This document shows, one piece after another, positions 47,940 through 57,471 of a DNA stretch of 64,000 nucleotides (positions are counted from its first letter, which is position 1; each line of letters starts with the position of its first letter). The translations under genes and the position numbers were made by a program. The notes under the pieces are model-generated. The model ran no database searches, was not told where the DNA came from, and saw only the letters and a program-made list of their open reading frames with translations. Source of the DNA: an uncultured Nitrososphaeria archaeon (GTDB lineage Archaea; Thermoproteota; Nitrososphaeria_A; Caldarchaeales; Wolframiiraptoraceae); NCBI GenBank assembly GCA_964440495.1, contig CAYTSD010000001.1, positions 3,104 to 67,103 of the forward strand, read 5' to 3'.

Positions 47940-48392
47940 CTATTGTGGTGGGCTGGCGAGTCTCCGGGTCTCTCTCAAGACCTCTTCCCCGAATCCATGC
48001 TGTCTAAGCCCTCTAAGCATGGCGCTCAGATACTCTCTCGAAGGCTTAATCCATCTTCCACGGGGATTCACCGCCACGTGGGTGAAGGCTTTCAACCTAC
48101 CTAACCCCTCAGCATTTACCTCGACTCTTCTCCTAGCCGAGGATGAGGGGACGCCCTCCAACCTATCCAGAGTCTTCAACTGTTCCTGAGTGATTTCGTA
48201 GACGACGCCATACACCTTACCTCCCTCCACCTCTCTTAGATTCGCTACGCCGCCTCTCCAGCTAGCTGAATATGAGTCGAAGACGAGTCTGAACCCGTTT
48301 AGCTCAGCTCTCCTAGCATCACCCCACTCACCCACACTCCTCTTCAACAGGTTCTTATCAAGGGTCCAGCCGTAGGCAAAATACCAGACCAC
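47940..48392 (-). CDS. Gamma-glutamylcyclotransferase (AIG2-like) family protein
   Basis: YFAYG, VYGVVYEI, LDRLEG, PS.EY. Start probably GTG 48392. Confidence 0.82.
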   Translation of the reverse strand: MVWYFAYGWTLDKNLLKRSVGEWGDARRAELNGFRLVFDSYSASWRGGVANLREVEGGKVYGVVYEITQEQLKTLDRLEGVPSSSARRRVEVNAEGLGRLKAFTHVAVNPRGRWIKPSREYLSAMLRGLRQHGFGEEVLRETRRLASPPQ

Positions 48393-48465
48393 CCTCCCAA
48401 CTCTCCCTCCACTTTCACACACCCCTCCCACACTATATAACTACCTTTCCAAGACCTTGGGTTAG

Positions 48466-49374
48466 ATGTATAGGTGGTGGAGCGGGAGGCAGAGGATTCT
48501 CCTAAGAGACTGTAAGACAGCTATCCACGAGTTCACCTACAATGGCTACAGAGGGTTCACGGCGAATCCCTACAACGGCTGCGGCCACCGCTGCGTCTAC
48601 TGCTACGCAACCTTCGAATGGTTCCCCGAATTCTACGACATACTCCAAGTGAAGATGAACTTCCCAGCTATAGTTTCTAGACAGCTTCATGAAGAGCTTC
48701 CAGATAGACCCGTCTTCCTCTCCTCGGCCACAGACCCCTATCAACCACTTGAAGGAAAGTTTAGACTGACCCGTAGAACCGTTGAGATTCTCCAGAAACA
48801 TGGGGTGCCCTATTATATTTTCACGAAATCAGCCACGGTTCTCAGAGACCTTGAACTCCACTCCAGCTACAGGGACAGATGCATGATAAGCTGGTCGCTT
48901 ACAACGGTTAACAGCAAGGTTAAGAGGCTTATCGAGCCCTTCTCCTCGACGCCGACAGCTGTTCTCAGAGCGATGAAAGAGTTCTCAGAGTCAGGGGTCA
49001 CGGTCGGCGCAAACATCGACCCAATAATCCCTGGAGTAACAGACCTAGAGGGATGGGTTGAGGAGGTCGTCGACGCCGTTGCGGAGAGCGGAGGCAGCTT
49101 CGTCTCGGTCGGAGCCCTAAGGCTTCGGGAAGATATCTGGGAAAGGCTGCGCAGCTTCCTTCTAAGCGCAGGAATGGGGGATGTGGCCAAACATCTACAG
49201 CATCTCTACCGCTTCTCAGGGAGATATGGGGATGCTCCAGCCTGGTATCTCAGAGAGCTTGAGGAGAGGGTGAAAGCAAGGGCAAAACGTCTAGGTCTCT
49301 TCTACGGAATCCCCCTACCTGAGCCGAAGCCGAGACCGATTAAAGTCATGAAACAATTACTGCTTATATCCTGA
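48466..49374 (+). CDS. Radical SAM protein (SplB/Rv2578c-like)
   Basis: NPYNGCGHRCVYCYA, SSATDPYQPLE, TKS..VLRD, PIIPG. Confidence 0.88.
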   Translation: MYRWWSGRQRILLRDCKTAIHEFTYNGYRGFTANPYNGCGHRCVYCYATFEWFPEFYDILQVKMNFPAIVSRQLHEELPDRPVFLSSATDPYQPLEGKFRLTRRTVEILQKHGVPYYIFTKSATVLRDLELHSSYRDRCMISWSLTTVNSKVKRLIEPFSSTPTAVLRAMKEFSESGVTVGANIDPIIPGVTDLEGWVEEVVDAVAESGGSFVSVGALRLREDIWERLRSFLLSAGMGDVAKHLQHLYRFSGRYGDAPAWYLRELEERVKARAKRLGLFYGIPLPEPKPRPIKVMKQLLLIS

Positions 49375-49416
49375 CTGGGAAAAAGTTTTATGAATCCTGT
49401 CTGCGACACTTACAAT

Positions 49417-50796
49417 ATGAGAGAAGAAGAGGGGAATCTCTCGAAAAAGAAGCTAACTAGAAGAGAGTTTCTAGCCGTATCAAAGTCCGCCGCAATAGGA
49501 GGAGTAATCGCAGCAGGAGTAATCGGAGGGGTAGCAGGCTATCTTGCGGGAAGCGGAGCGGCTCCGGCGAAGACCGTCACGGAAACCGTAACCCAGACCA
49601 CCACCAAGGAAGTTGGAGCCGCTACAACAGTTACAGGGACAAAGGAGGTAACGAAGACCGTTACTGCCGGAGCCAAGCCCCTGAAGGTTGGATACATCTA
49701 TGTTGGTCCTGTAGGTGACTTCGGCTGGACCTACGCCCATGACAGGGGTAGGAAGTGGGCTGACGAGAAGTTTGGAAACGTTGAGAGCTCTTACATCGAG
49801 TCTGTTCCAGAGGCTGAGGCGGCTGGAGCTATAGAGAGCCTGATAACTCAGGGCGCAGACCTCGTGATAACTACGAGCTTCGGCTACATGGACGCAACCG
49901 CGGAGGTCGCTGAAAAGTATCCTGACAAATACTTTGTCCACATCTCGGGCTATAGGAGTGGAGCGGCGGGAAACGCTCCCATGAACATGAGCGCAGCATT
50001 CGCAGAGTTCTATCAATTGTATTATCTCAATGGCCTCGCAGCCGGAGCCGTAACGGAGACAGGGGTAGTTGGATATGTTGCAGCTCACCCGATACCCGAG
50101 GTAGTTAGACACATTAACGCGTTCGTCTTGGGCGCAAACTACGCATACAAGAAGAGGACTGGAAAGAACATTAAAGCCTATGTTGACTGGCTCTTCTCAT
50201 GGTTCGACCCGGGGAAGACTAGAACCGCCGCCACAGCCCTTGTGGAGGAGAAGAACGCCGACGTCCTAGCCTTCACCGAGGACTCGCCTACAACGCTTCA
50301 GGTCGCCGAAGAGTATCAGAAGAAGGGTAGGAAGGTTTGGAGCTTCAGCCACTACAGCGACATGACACAATATGGACCAACAGCCCACCTGACAGGCCAG
50401 GTAGTAAATTGGGGGCCACTCTACCTAGACTTCTACCGCATGGTTGCGACAGGGACTTGGCAGTCGGTTGACATCTGGGCGAGGATAGGCGACTACATGC
50501 CTTGGAGGTGGAGGAGGAAGCCTGAAGAGAGCACGGCTGGACAGCCTGAGGGAGCTGTTTATCTCGCCCCAATAAACCCAGCGATTCCAAGCGAGTGGCA
50601 GACCGAGATAAAGGAGCGTTATGAGGAGATGAAGGAGCTTCTCTTCGAGCCATTCTCACCCGAAGGAAACCTAGGTGAGCCGATAAGAGACCAGGATGGA
50701 ACCGTGAGGATAGGCGCTGGAGAACGTGCCGACCACGACATGCTCTGGTCGATGGACTGGTTCGTAGAATATATTGAGAGCAAGCTTCCAAGGTAA
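49417..50796 (+). CDS. BMP-family ABC substrate-binding protein (nucleoside/purine), Tat-type signal
   Basis: TRREFL signal, Thr-rich linker, YVGPVGDFGWTYAHDRG, TTSFGY, IPEVVRHINAF. ATG 49417 is about 25 nt after a TTTTA box. Confidence 0.9.
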   Translation: MREEEGNLSKKKLTRREFLAVSKSAAIGGVIAAGVIGGVAGYLAGSGAAPAKTVTETVTQTTTKEVGAATTVTGTKEVTKTVTAGAKPLKVGYIYVGPVGDFGWTYAHDRGRKWADEKFGNVESSYIESVPEAEAAGAIESLITQGADLVITTSFGYMDATAEVAEKYPDKYFVHISGYRSGAAGNAPMNMSAAFAEFYQLYYLNGLAAGAVTETGVVGYVAAHPIPEVVRHINAFVLGANYAYKKRTGKNIKAYVDWLFSWFDPGKTRTAATALVEEKNADVLAFTEDSPTTLQVAEEYQKKGRKVWSFSHYSDMTQYGPTAHLTGQVVNWGPLYLDFYRMVATGTWQSVDIWARIGDYMPWRWRRKPEESTAGQPEGAVYLAPINPAIPSEWQTEIKERYEEMKELLFEPFSPEGNLGEPIRDQDGTVRIGAGERADHDMLWSMDWFVEYIESKLPR

Positions 50797-50830
50797 ATCT
50801 ACCCCCTACCCCTATCTTTTTTATCCTCCC
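50797..50830 (+). terminator. Possible pyrimidine/T-tract terminator after the binding-protein gene
   Basis: ACCCCCTACCCCTATCTTTTTTATCC directly after the stop codon. Confidence 0.35.
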
Positions 50831-50865
50831 CAGGCTTCAGTATCCCTTGGTCAGGCAGGTGGAGA

Positions 50866-52401
50866 ATGAGCGAACCCCTCCTCGTCATGATGAAGGGAAT
50901 AGTGAAAAGGTTTCCAGGCGTGGTTGCAAATGATCATGTAGACTTCGAGCTTAGGCAGGGAGAGGTTCACGCCCTACTCGGAGAAAACGGTGCAGGAAAA
51001 ACAACTCTAATGAATATACTTTACGGCCTCTACAAGCCGGATGAGGGAGAAATCTACGTAAAAGGAAGAAGAGTTGAGATAAAGTCGCCTAAAGAAGCAA
51101 TCAAGCTCGGGATAGGGATGGTTCACCAAAACTTTAGACTCATCCCAACGCACACGGTTCTAGAAAACATTGTATTAGGGCTAAAGGAGGCAGGCTTCAT
51201 AATAAGGTACAAGAATCTTGAGGAGGAGATTAAGAGGCTTTCAGAATCCTATGGATGGAAGATTGACCCGAGGGCTAAGGTTTGGCAGCTTTCCGCAGGT
51301 GAGAAACAGCAGGTTGAGATACTTAAGACTCTTTACAGGAGGGCCGATATACTGATTCTAGACGAGCCTACATCTGTTCTCGCTCCACAGGAGACGCGCG
51401 CCCTCTTCAACGCGATTAGACGCATGGCGTCCGAGGGGAAGGGCGTAATCTTCATCACCCACAAGCTCGATGAAGCCATGCAGGTTAGCGATAGGGTTAC
51501 AGTGATGCGTAAAGGAAGGGTCGTCATAACAAAGAATACCTCTGAAACCAATCCAACGGAGCTGGCGAACTACATGGTTGGGAGGCCTGTGATTTTCGCG
51601 GTCGAGAAGAAGCCCCTCCCACCTGGGAAAGAGGTAGCCATCCTACGTAACGTCCACGCTTTAAGCGATAAAGGAGTACCCGCACTAAACGGCGTGAATC
51701 TGGTGATCAGGAGGAATGAGATTCTAGGGTTGGCGGGAGTCACTGGAAACGGTCAGATAGAGCTGGTTGAGGTGATCACTGGTTTAAGGAAGGTTACCAA
51801 GGGTAAGGTGATAATTGATGGGGTTGATGTGACGAATAGAAGCCCGAGGGAGATAATGGAGCTCGGCGTAGCCTATATTCCGCCTGAGAATCTTAGATGG
51901 GGGCTTGTGGCAAGCCTTCCAGTGGTCGACAACCTCTTCCTAAAGGCTTACAGGTATCCACCATACTCTAACAAGATTACTATTGACTGGAAGCGTGTCT
52001 ATGGTAAGGCTCGTGAGCTTATAGAGGAGTTCGGGGTCGTCACCCCAAGCCCCTTCATAAGAGCTAGGGCGCTCTCAGGCGGGAATCTTCAGAGACTCGT
52101 GTTAGCTAGGGAGCTTTCAGGCCTCATAGGCGGGGGAGTTCCCAAGCTCATAGTGGCGGCTTATCCCACCAAGGGGCTTGACGTCGGGGCAACGGAGTTC
52201 GTTCACAAGACTCTTCTAAAATACCGGGAGAAGGGTTCAGGGATACTTCTAGTCTCCGAAGACTTGGAGGAGATTCTAAGAATAAGCGACAGGGTGGCCG
52301 TAATCTTCAACGGTAGAATAGTTGGAGAATTCAAGGCGGAGGAAGCAGATATAGAGAGGATAGGGCTTCTAATGGCTGGCGCAGAGGCTCAGGCAGCGTA
52401 A
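50866..52401 (+). CDS. ABC transporter ATP-binding protein (double domain, CUT2/nucleoside type)
   Basis: GENGAGKTT, LSAGEKQ, ILDEPT, LSGGNLQ, PTKGLDVGA. Confidence 0.95.
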   Translation: MSEPLLVMMKGIVKRFPGVVANDHVDFELRQGEVHALLGENGAGKTTLMNILYGLYKPDEGEIYVKGRRVEIKSPKEAIKLGIGMVHQNFRLIPTHTVLENIVLGLKEAGFIIRYKNLEEEIKRLSESYGWKIDPRAKVWQLSAGEKQQVEILKTLYRRADILILDEPTSVLAPQETRALFNAIRRMASEGKGVIFITHKLDEAMQVSDRVTVMRKGRVVITKNTSETNPTELANYMVGRPVIFAVEKKPLPPGKEVAILRNVHALSDKGVPALNGVNLVIRRNEILGLAGVTGNGQIELVEVITGLRKVTKGKVIIDGVDVTNRSPREIMELGVAYIPPENLRWGLVASLPVVDNLFLKAYRYPPYSNKITIDWKRVYGKARELIEEFGVVTPSPFIRARALSGGNLQRLVLARELSGLIGGGVPKLIVAAYPTKGLDVGATEFVHKTLLKYREKGSGILLVSEDLEEILRISDRVAVIFNGRIVGEFKAEEADIERIGLLMAGAEAQAA

Positions 52402-52415
52402 AAGGAGGTGGGAGG

Positions 52416-53513
52416 ATGGCGGCGAGATACTCCTTCCTCGGAATCCGCGTCGAGAGGAGATTAACCTACTCTAAGACAGCAGCGGTAGCCACAACAATAA
52501 TAGCGATAGCCTTAGCCTTCGCTGCAACCGCCGTTATATTCGCCGTCATGGGTCTCGACGTATACGATGCCTTCGCGGTCTTGGCAGGGGTCTTCGTCAC
52601 TCCTAGGCTTCTCCTCCAAGCGGTTCTCAGAGGGCTTCCAATCACTCTCTCAGCTCTAGGTCTCTCAATAGCCTTCCGGATGAATTTCTGGAACATAGGA
52701 GCCGAGGGGCAGATATACCTGGGAATGTTCGCTGCGACAGGGATAGTCCTGGCCCACGTATACTATGGATTCCTCCCAGCCTCACTTGTTTTACCCATAA
52801 TGTTCATAGCCTCATTCCTGACGGGTGGGGCTTGGTGTCTCCTCCCAGCAGCCTTGAAGGCGAAGCTCAACGTGAACGAGATACTCACAACGCTTATGAT
52901 GAACTATATCGCGATACTCTTCGTCGCATACCTAATCTATGGCCCATGGAGAGACCCGAAGGGCTACGGCTTCCCTCTCTCGATACCCTTCCCAGAGTAT
53001 GCTAAGCTTCTCTTCATCGCTGGAAACCCATCCTATACAGGCCTCCTCCTAGCCCTCGTCTTCGCAGCCCTAGTATACGTGCTCTTCAGATACACTAAGC
53101 TCGGGTTCGAGCTCCGGGTCGTTGGAGAGAACCTCGACGCAGCACGCTACGCCGGGATGGCCATCCCGAGGATAATCACTCTGGGAGCATTCCTCTCAGG
53201 AGGGTTGGCTGGAATCGGCGGACTATCGATAGTCAGCGGAATAATTGGGAGGCTTAGGCCAGGAGCCTCGCCAGGCTACGGATACACAGCCATAATCGTC
53301 GCCTTCCTAGCGGCTCTAAACCCCTGGCTGATAGTTCCAGCTGGAATCTTCTTCGGCGGACTCCTAACGGCTGGGGAGGCCCTCCAAGCCTCTCTCAACA
53401 TACCCAACGCAGCCGTCCAGATATTCCAGTCAATAATCTTCCTCTTCATAATCTTGGGGGAGTTCCTCAAACGCTACCGGATAGTTGTTGGAGGGGGTGG
53501 GGTTAGGGGATGA
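52416..53513 (+). CDS. ABC transporter permease (nucleoside type) 1
   Basis: WNIGAEGQ, VNEILTTLMMNY, GYGYTAIIVAFL. Confidence 0.93.
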   Translation: MAARYSFLGIRVERRLTYSKTAAVATTIIAIALAFAATAVIFAVMGLDVYDAFAVLAGVFVTPRLLLQAVLRGLPITLSALGLSIAFRMNFWNIGAEGQIYLGMFAATGIVLAHVYYGFLPASLVLPIMFIASFLTGGAWCLLPAALKAKLNVNEILTTLMMNYIAILFVAYLIYGPWRDPKGYGFPLSIPFPEYAKLLFIAGNPSYTGLLLALVFAALVYVLFRYTKLGFELRVVGENLDAARYAGMAIPRIITLGAFLSGGLAGIGGLSIVSGIIGRLRPGASPGYGYTAIIVAFLAALNPWLIVPAGIFFGGLLTAGEALQASLNIPNAAVQIFQSIIFLFIILGEFLKRYRIVVGGGGVRG

Positions 53514-54490
53514 TTGATTGGCTCTCCTCGGTTCTCCAGGGAGCCGTCCAGATGGGCACAGTCTATCTCCTAGCCTCCCTCGGAGAGATCTATGCTGAGC
53601 GCTCTGGGATACTGAACCTAGGGGTTGAGGGTATAATGATTATGGGTGCGGCTCTCTCCTTCCTCTTCACCCTCGCCTACGGCCACCTCGCAGCACTCCT
53701 CCTAGTAGTCTTGGCTGGGATACTGATGAGCCTCATACTAGCCGTTATGGCTGTTTCTCTGAGGCTGAACCAGGTGGTTGTCGGCCTAGCCTTAACACTC
53801 CTAGGGCTTGGGATGAGCGGGTTCCTAACCCATCCGACGATTAGGGCTCATGTCCTCCTCTTCCTGAACCCTAGCCTGCCTCAAACAGCTCTCACAACCC
53901 AGGAGGCTCCGAAGCTCCCAGAGCTTCCCGTCCCAGCCCTCTCCGAGATACCGGTACTTGGGCCAGCCCTCTTCAAGCACAACGCAATAGTCTACTTCTC
54001 CTACGTCTTGGCGGTCTTGATGTGGTTCATCCTCTTCAAGACCCGGGTTGGGCTGAGCCTCAGGTCGGTTGGAGAGAACCCTGCGATGGCTGACGCACTA
54101 GGCGTGAACGTCTACTTGGTCCGATATCTCGCCACGATGGTTGGCGGAGCCTTGGCCGCCCTCGCCGGAGCCTACCTCTTCATAGGGTTCCAGCCCTTCT
54201 GGCAGGAGGGGATGACGGCTGGCAGAGGGTTCATAGCCCTCGCCCTAGTTATTCTCGCAACATGGAGCCCCTTGAGAGCGGTTCTCGGAGCCTACCTCTT
54301 CGGAGGAGTCGAGACAATCCAGTTCAGGCTACAGATACTTGGCTTCGGGGCTCAGACCCCTCAATTCGTCCTAATGCTTCCCTACGTGGTAACTATTATA
54401 ACCTTGACCCTCCTCTCCTTCGAGAGCGTTAAACGGAGGCTAGGGGTCCCAGCATCCCTAGGAGTACCCTACTCAAGGGAAGAGGTCTAG
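53510..54490 (+). CDS. ABC transporter permease (nucleoside type) 2
   Basis: ERSGILNLGVEG, GENPAMADALG, GRGFIALA, MLPYV. Confidence 0.93.
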   Translation: MIDWLSSVLQGAVQMGTVYLLASLGEIYAERSGILNLGVEGIMIMGAALSFLFTLAYGHLAALLLVVLAGILMSLILAVMAVSLRLNQVVVGLALTLLGLGMSGFLTHPTIRAHVLLFLNPSLPQTALTTQEAPKLPELPVPALSEIPVLGPALFKHNAIVYFSYVLAVLMWFILFKTRVGLSLRSVGENPAMADALGVNVYLVRYLATMVGGALAALAGAYLFIGFQPFWQEGMTAGRGFIALALVILATWSPLRAVLGAYLFGGVETIQFRLQILGFGAQTPQFVLMLPYVVTIITLTLLSFESVKRRLGVPASLGVPYSREEV

Positions 54491-55866
54491 AATGGGATAG
54501 GCTTGCCGCGTTTGAGGAACCTCCCCCTCCCAGGCTGTGTCAAGGCTTCCCCCTCCTCGAAGACGACCTCTCCACGAGAGATTGTGTAGACCGGGTAGCC
54601 TCGAACCCTCATCCCCTCGTAGATTGAGTGGTCAAGCCTGCTGTGCAGGGTCTCCCTCCCTAGCACTACCTCCTTGTCGGGGTCTATGATTGTTAGGTCT
54701 GCGTCTGCGCCTGGGATTATTGTGCCTTTCCTCGGGTAGAGGCCGAAGAGCTTGGCGGGGTTGAGTGATGTCAGCTCCACAAGCCTCCGCATACTTATCC
54801 TACCCTTCCTAACCCCCTCCGAGAAGAGTATCGGGATTATGTTCTCCGTTCCCTGAACGCCTCCAGGAGACTTCCTGAAGTCTTCTCTCCCAACCTTCTT
54901 CTCAGCCCAGTTGAAGGGTGCGTGGTCGCTTCCAAGGGTCTGTATCTCCCCTCTCGCAAGCCCCTCCCATAGAGCCTCCCTATCCTCAGCGCCCTTAATC
55001 GGTGGAGCGAGCAGAAACTTCTCGGCGTCAGGCCTTCTATACACCTCGTCGGTGAAGACTAGGTAGTGGGGGCATGTCTCAGCGTATACTCTCGCACCTG
55101 CTCTACGCATCCTTCTAATGGCTTCAAGCCCCATCTTCGAGGATAGGTGGACAACCCAGAGAAGCGCTCCAGAGTGCTGGGCGAGCAGCGCTAGGCGCTG
55201 GACTGCTTCGGCTTCGGCTATGGGTGGTCTGCTCAAGGCATGGTAGAGCGGGGTCAGCCTCCCCTCCCTCTCAAACCTCCTCAACCTCTCCTGGATTATG
55301 TCCTCATTCTCACAGTGAGCCCCAACCAAGACACCGATCTTGGCGGCAGCCTCCATGAACCTCAGCATCCCACCGTCATCCATCATCAGCCCCCTACCCC
55401 TATAGGCTGTGAAAACCTTGAAGCTTGAGACGCCGAGCTCCAGAAGCCTCCGAAGCTCCCCCTCATCCCACTTGGACGCACCTGTCACCGAGACGTGGAG
55501 GCCGTAGTCTACGGCGACCCTTGGGTCAGCCTCCCTCCTCCTCTCCTCAAAGGCTTCCAAAATACTCTGACCAGGCCTCGGGGTGGCGAAGTCGATTACC
55601 GTGGTTACTCCCCCACAGGCGGCGGCAGTAGTCCCAGCGTAGAAGTCATCGGCGGTCCTTGTCTCCCCGTAAGGCATCTGGAAATGCGTGTGCCCATCTA
55701 TCCCTCCAGGTATCACAAGCTTCCCCGTAGCGTCGATAACCCTCTCAGCAGGCTCCTCAACACCTCTACCAACTACGGCTATGACCCCGTCTCTAACGCC
55801 AATATCTGCCTCAAACTCCATTCCATCAGAGAATATTCTCCCACCCTTAACCAGCAGGTCAAGCAT
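54487..55866 (-). CDS. hydA: Dihydropyrimidinase/hydantoinase (cyclic amidohydrolase)
   Basis: PGGIDGHTH, SSFKVF (carboxy-Lys), HCEN, VVHLS, ETCPHYL, GSDHAPF, NPAKLFGLYPRKG. Confidence 0.88.
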   Translation of the reverse strand: MLDLLVKGGRIFSDGMEFEADIGVRDGVIAVVGRGVEEPAERVIDATGKLVIPGGIDGHTHFQMPYGETRTADDFYAGTTAAACGGVTTVIDFATPRPGQSILEAFEERRREADPRVAVDYGLHVSVTGASKWDEGELRRLLELGVSSFKVFTAYRGRGLMMDDGGMLRFMEAAAKIGVLVGAHCENEDIIQERLRRFEREGRLTPLYHALSRPPIAEAEAVQRLALLAQHSGALLWVVHLSSKMGLEAIRRMRRAGARVYAETCPHYLVFTDEVYRRPDAEKFLLAPPIKGAEDREALWEGLARGEIQTLGSDHAPFNWAEKKVGREDFRKSPGGVQGTENIIPILFSEGVRKGRISMRRLVELTSLNPAKLFGLYPRKGTIIPGADADLTIIDPDKEVVLGRETLHSRLDHSIYEGMRVRGYPVYTISRGEVVFEEGEALTQPGRGRFLKRGKPIPF

Positions 55867-55945
55867 AGCTACCCCCTATTCAAGCACCCAGTAATTAAGG
55901 ATGGAGCTGCTTTTATCCTAGGGCTTCCAAGATAATCTGAGAGGA

Positions 55946-56959
55946 ATGTTGAGCCCATCTATCCCTAGACTCGGCCTCTACCTCCAAGACATGCACGTAA
56001 GAGACATGATAAGATACTCGCAGATAGCTGAGCAATATGGGTTCGAGTCGGTGTGGGTTGCAGAGTCACGTCTAGCGAGAGACGCGGTGGTCCCAGTCAC
56101 AGCAATCGCAACCGACACATGTAGGATAAAGGTTGGAGCAGGGGTAATCAATACATGGACTAGGAACGCAGCCCTAATAGCGCAGACCTTCGCGACACTC
56201 GATGAACTCTCCTTCGGAAGAGTGATGCTTGGACTCGGAGCATGGTGGGACCCGCTTGCATGGAAGGTTGGAATCGAACGCAGGAGACCCCTCAAATGCA
56301 TGAGAGAGTATGTTGAGGTAATTAGAAGGCTCTTCAGAATGGAGGTCGTCGAGTACGAGGGAGAGTTTGTTAAGATGCGTGGAGTAAGGCTTGACGTCCT
56401 CCACGGAGCAGGAGAGAAACCACGTAACATACCGATCTATATAGGTGCGACAGGGTGGAAGATGCTTGAACTCGCTGGGGAGGTCGGAGACGGGGTCCTC
56501 CTAAACTATCTAGTCTCACCGCTCTACAACCAGAAGGCACTGGAACATATACGGAGAGGAGCGGAGAAGGCTGGAAGAAAACTTGAAGACATTGATAGAC
56601 CACAGCTCATAGCGACGTCAATGTACGAGGACTCTGAGAAGGCGATTAAGCTCGCGAAGAAGCATGTAACAATGACTCTCGGGCAGCAGCCTCACATAAT
56701 GAAAGCAAGCGGTGTAAGCGAAGACCTAATTGAGGCGGTTAAGAAGGCGATGGGCGGATGGCCTGCGAAGCCGGGTGGAATCGAGAAAGCCATGGAGCTC
56801 GTCCCAGACGAGGTCGTCCAGATGATAACCGCCTCGGGAACACCCGGAGAAGTGAAGCAGAAGATAGAGGAGTATATGCGTCATGGATGCACCGCCCCCC
56901 TCCTCCTACCACTAAGCGGAAACGTTGAATACATAGTCAAATCACTTGCAGAAATCTAA
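55946..56959 (+). CDS. LLM-class oxidoreductase, Mer-like (probably F420-dependent)
   Basis: AEQYGFESVWVAE, IKVGAGVIN, LDELSFGRVMLGLG, IPIYIGATGWKMLELAGEVGDGVLLN. Confidence 0.85.
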   Translation: MLSPSIPRLGLYLQDMHVRDMIRYSQIAEQYGFESVWVAESRLARDAVVPVTAIATDTCRIKVGAGVINTWTRNAALIAQTFATLDELSFGRVMLGLGAWWDPLAWKVGIERRRPLKCMREYVEVIRRLFRMEVVEYEGEFVKMRGVRLDVLHGAGEKPRNIPIYIGATGWKMLELAGEVGDGVLLNYLVSPLYNQKALEHIRRGAEKAGRKLEDIDRPQLIATSMYEDSEKAIKLAKKHVTMTLGQQPHIMKASGVSEDLIEAVKKAMGGWPAKPGGIEKAMELVPDEVVQMITASGTPGEVKQKIEEYMRHGCTAPLLLPLSGNVEYIVKSLAEI

Positions 56960-56990
56960 TACATCTTAGAGGCTGCAGCATCAATCGTCA

Positions 56991-57371
56991 TTAACTACTC
57001 TTTTCTTCCTCACTCTTTTGAGGAATTTTATGCAGCTTCACTACGTAAAGCTCTCTATCCCTGAACTTTTCAACTGCTTCGCGGACTGTTTTCACGTTTC
57101 CTAACAGTACTTTAACTCCAAGCTTCTTAAGAAGCTCTATCGCCCTCGTGCTCAGAGACTGAGCTATAACATACTTCACCCCCTCTCTCTTAACTATATT
57201 TATGATGAGGTCGTCGGAGGACAGCCTATGAATATAAACTTCTTTGACGCCGCTGTTCACAAGAACTATGTGAGTGAAGGTGGGGGCGTCCTTCCAATGG
57301 GGATAGATTTTCGCGTCGAGGCCTCCCGGCTCATAGGTTGGTATGAGGATTGAGGCTTCTTTAACAGACAT
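56991..57371 (-). CDS. NifB/NifX-family (dinitrogenase FeMo-cofactor-binding-like) small protein
   Basis: ILIPT...GLDAKIYPHW..APTF, VKYVIA......A..LL...GVKV.....TVREAV. Confidence 0.7.
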   Translation of the reverse strand: MSVKEASILIPTYEPGGLDAKIYPHWKDAPTFTHIVLVNSGVKEVYIHRLSSDDLIINIVKREGVKYVIAQSLSTRAIELLKKLGVKVLLGNVKTVREAVEKFRDRELYVVKLHKIPQKSEEEKSS

Positions 57372-57471
57372 GTCGGATGTTAAAAGACTCTACGCTGATA
57401 TATGAACACTATCCTCGTCCTTGTTTAAAGTTCATAGGCTAGGCATTTCTATAAGATTGGTGTGATTCAAT

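Noticed and set aside
49480..50112. 210-aa ORF antisense to the BMP gene, and the many other short overlapping track ORFs
   Set aside because: Fully nested opposite or within well-supported genes, with atypical composition
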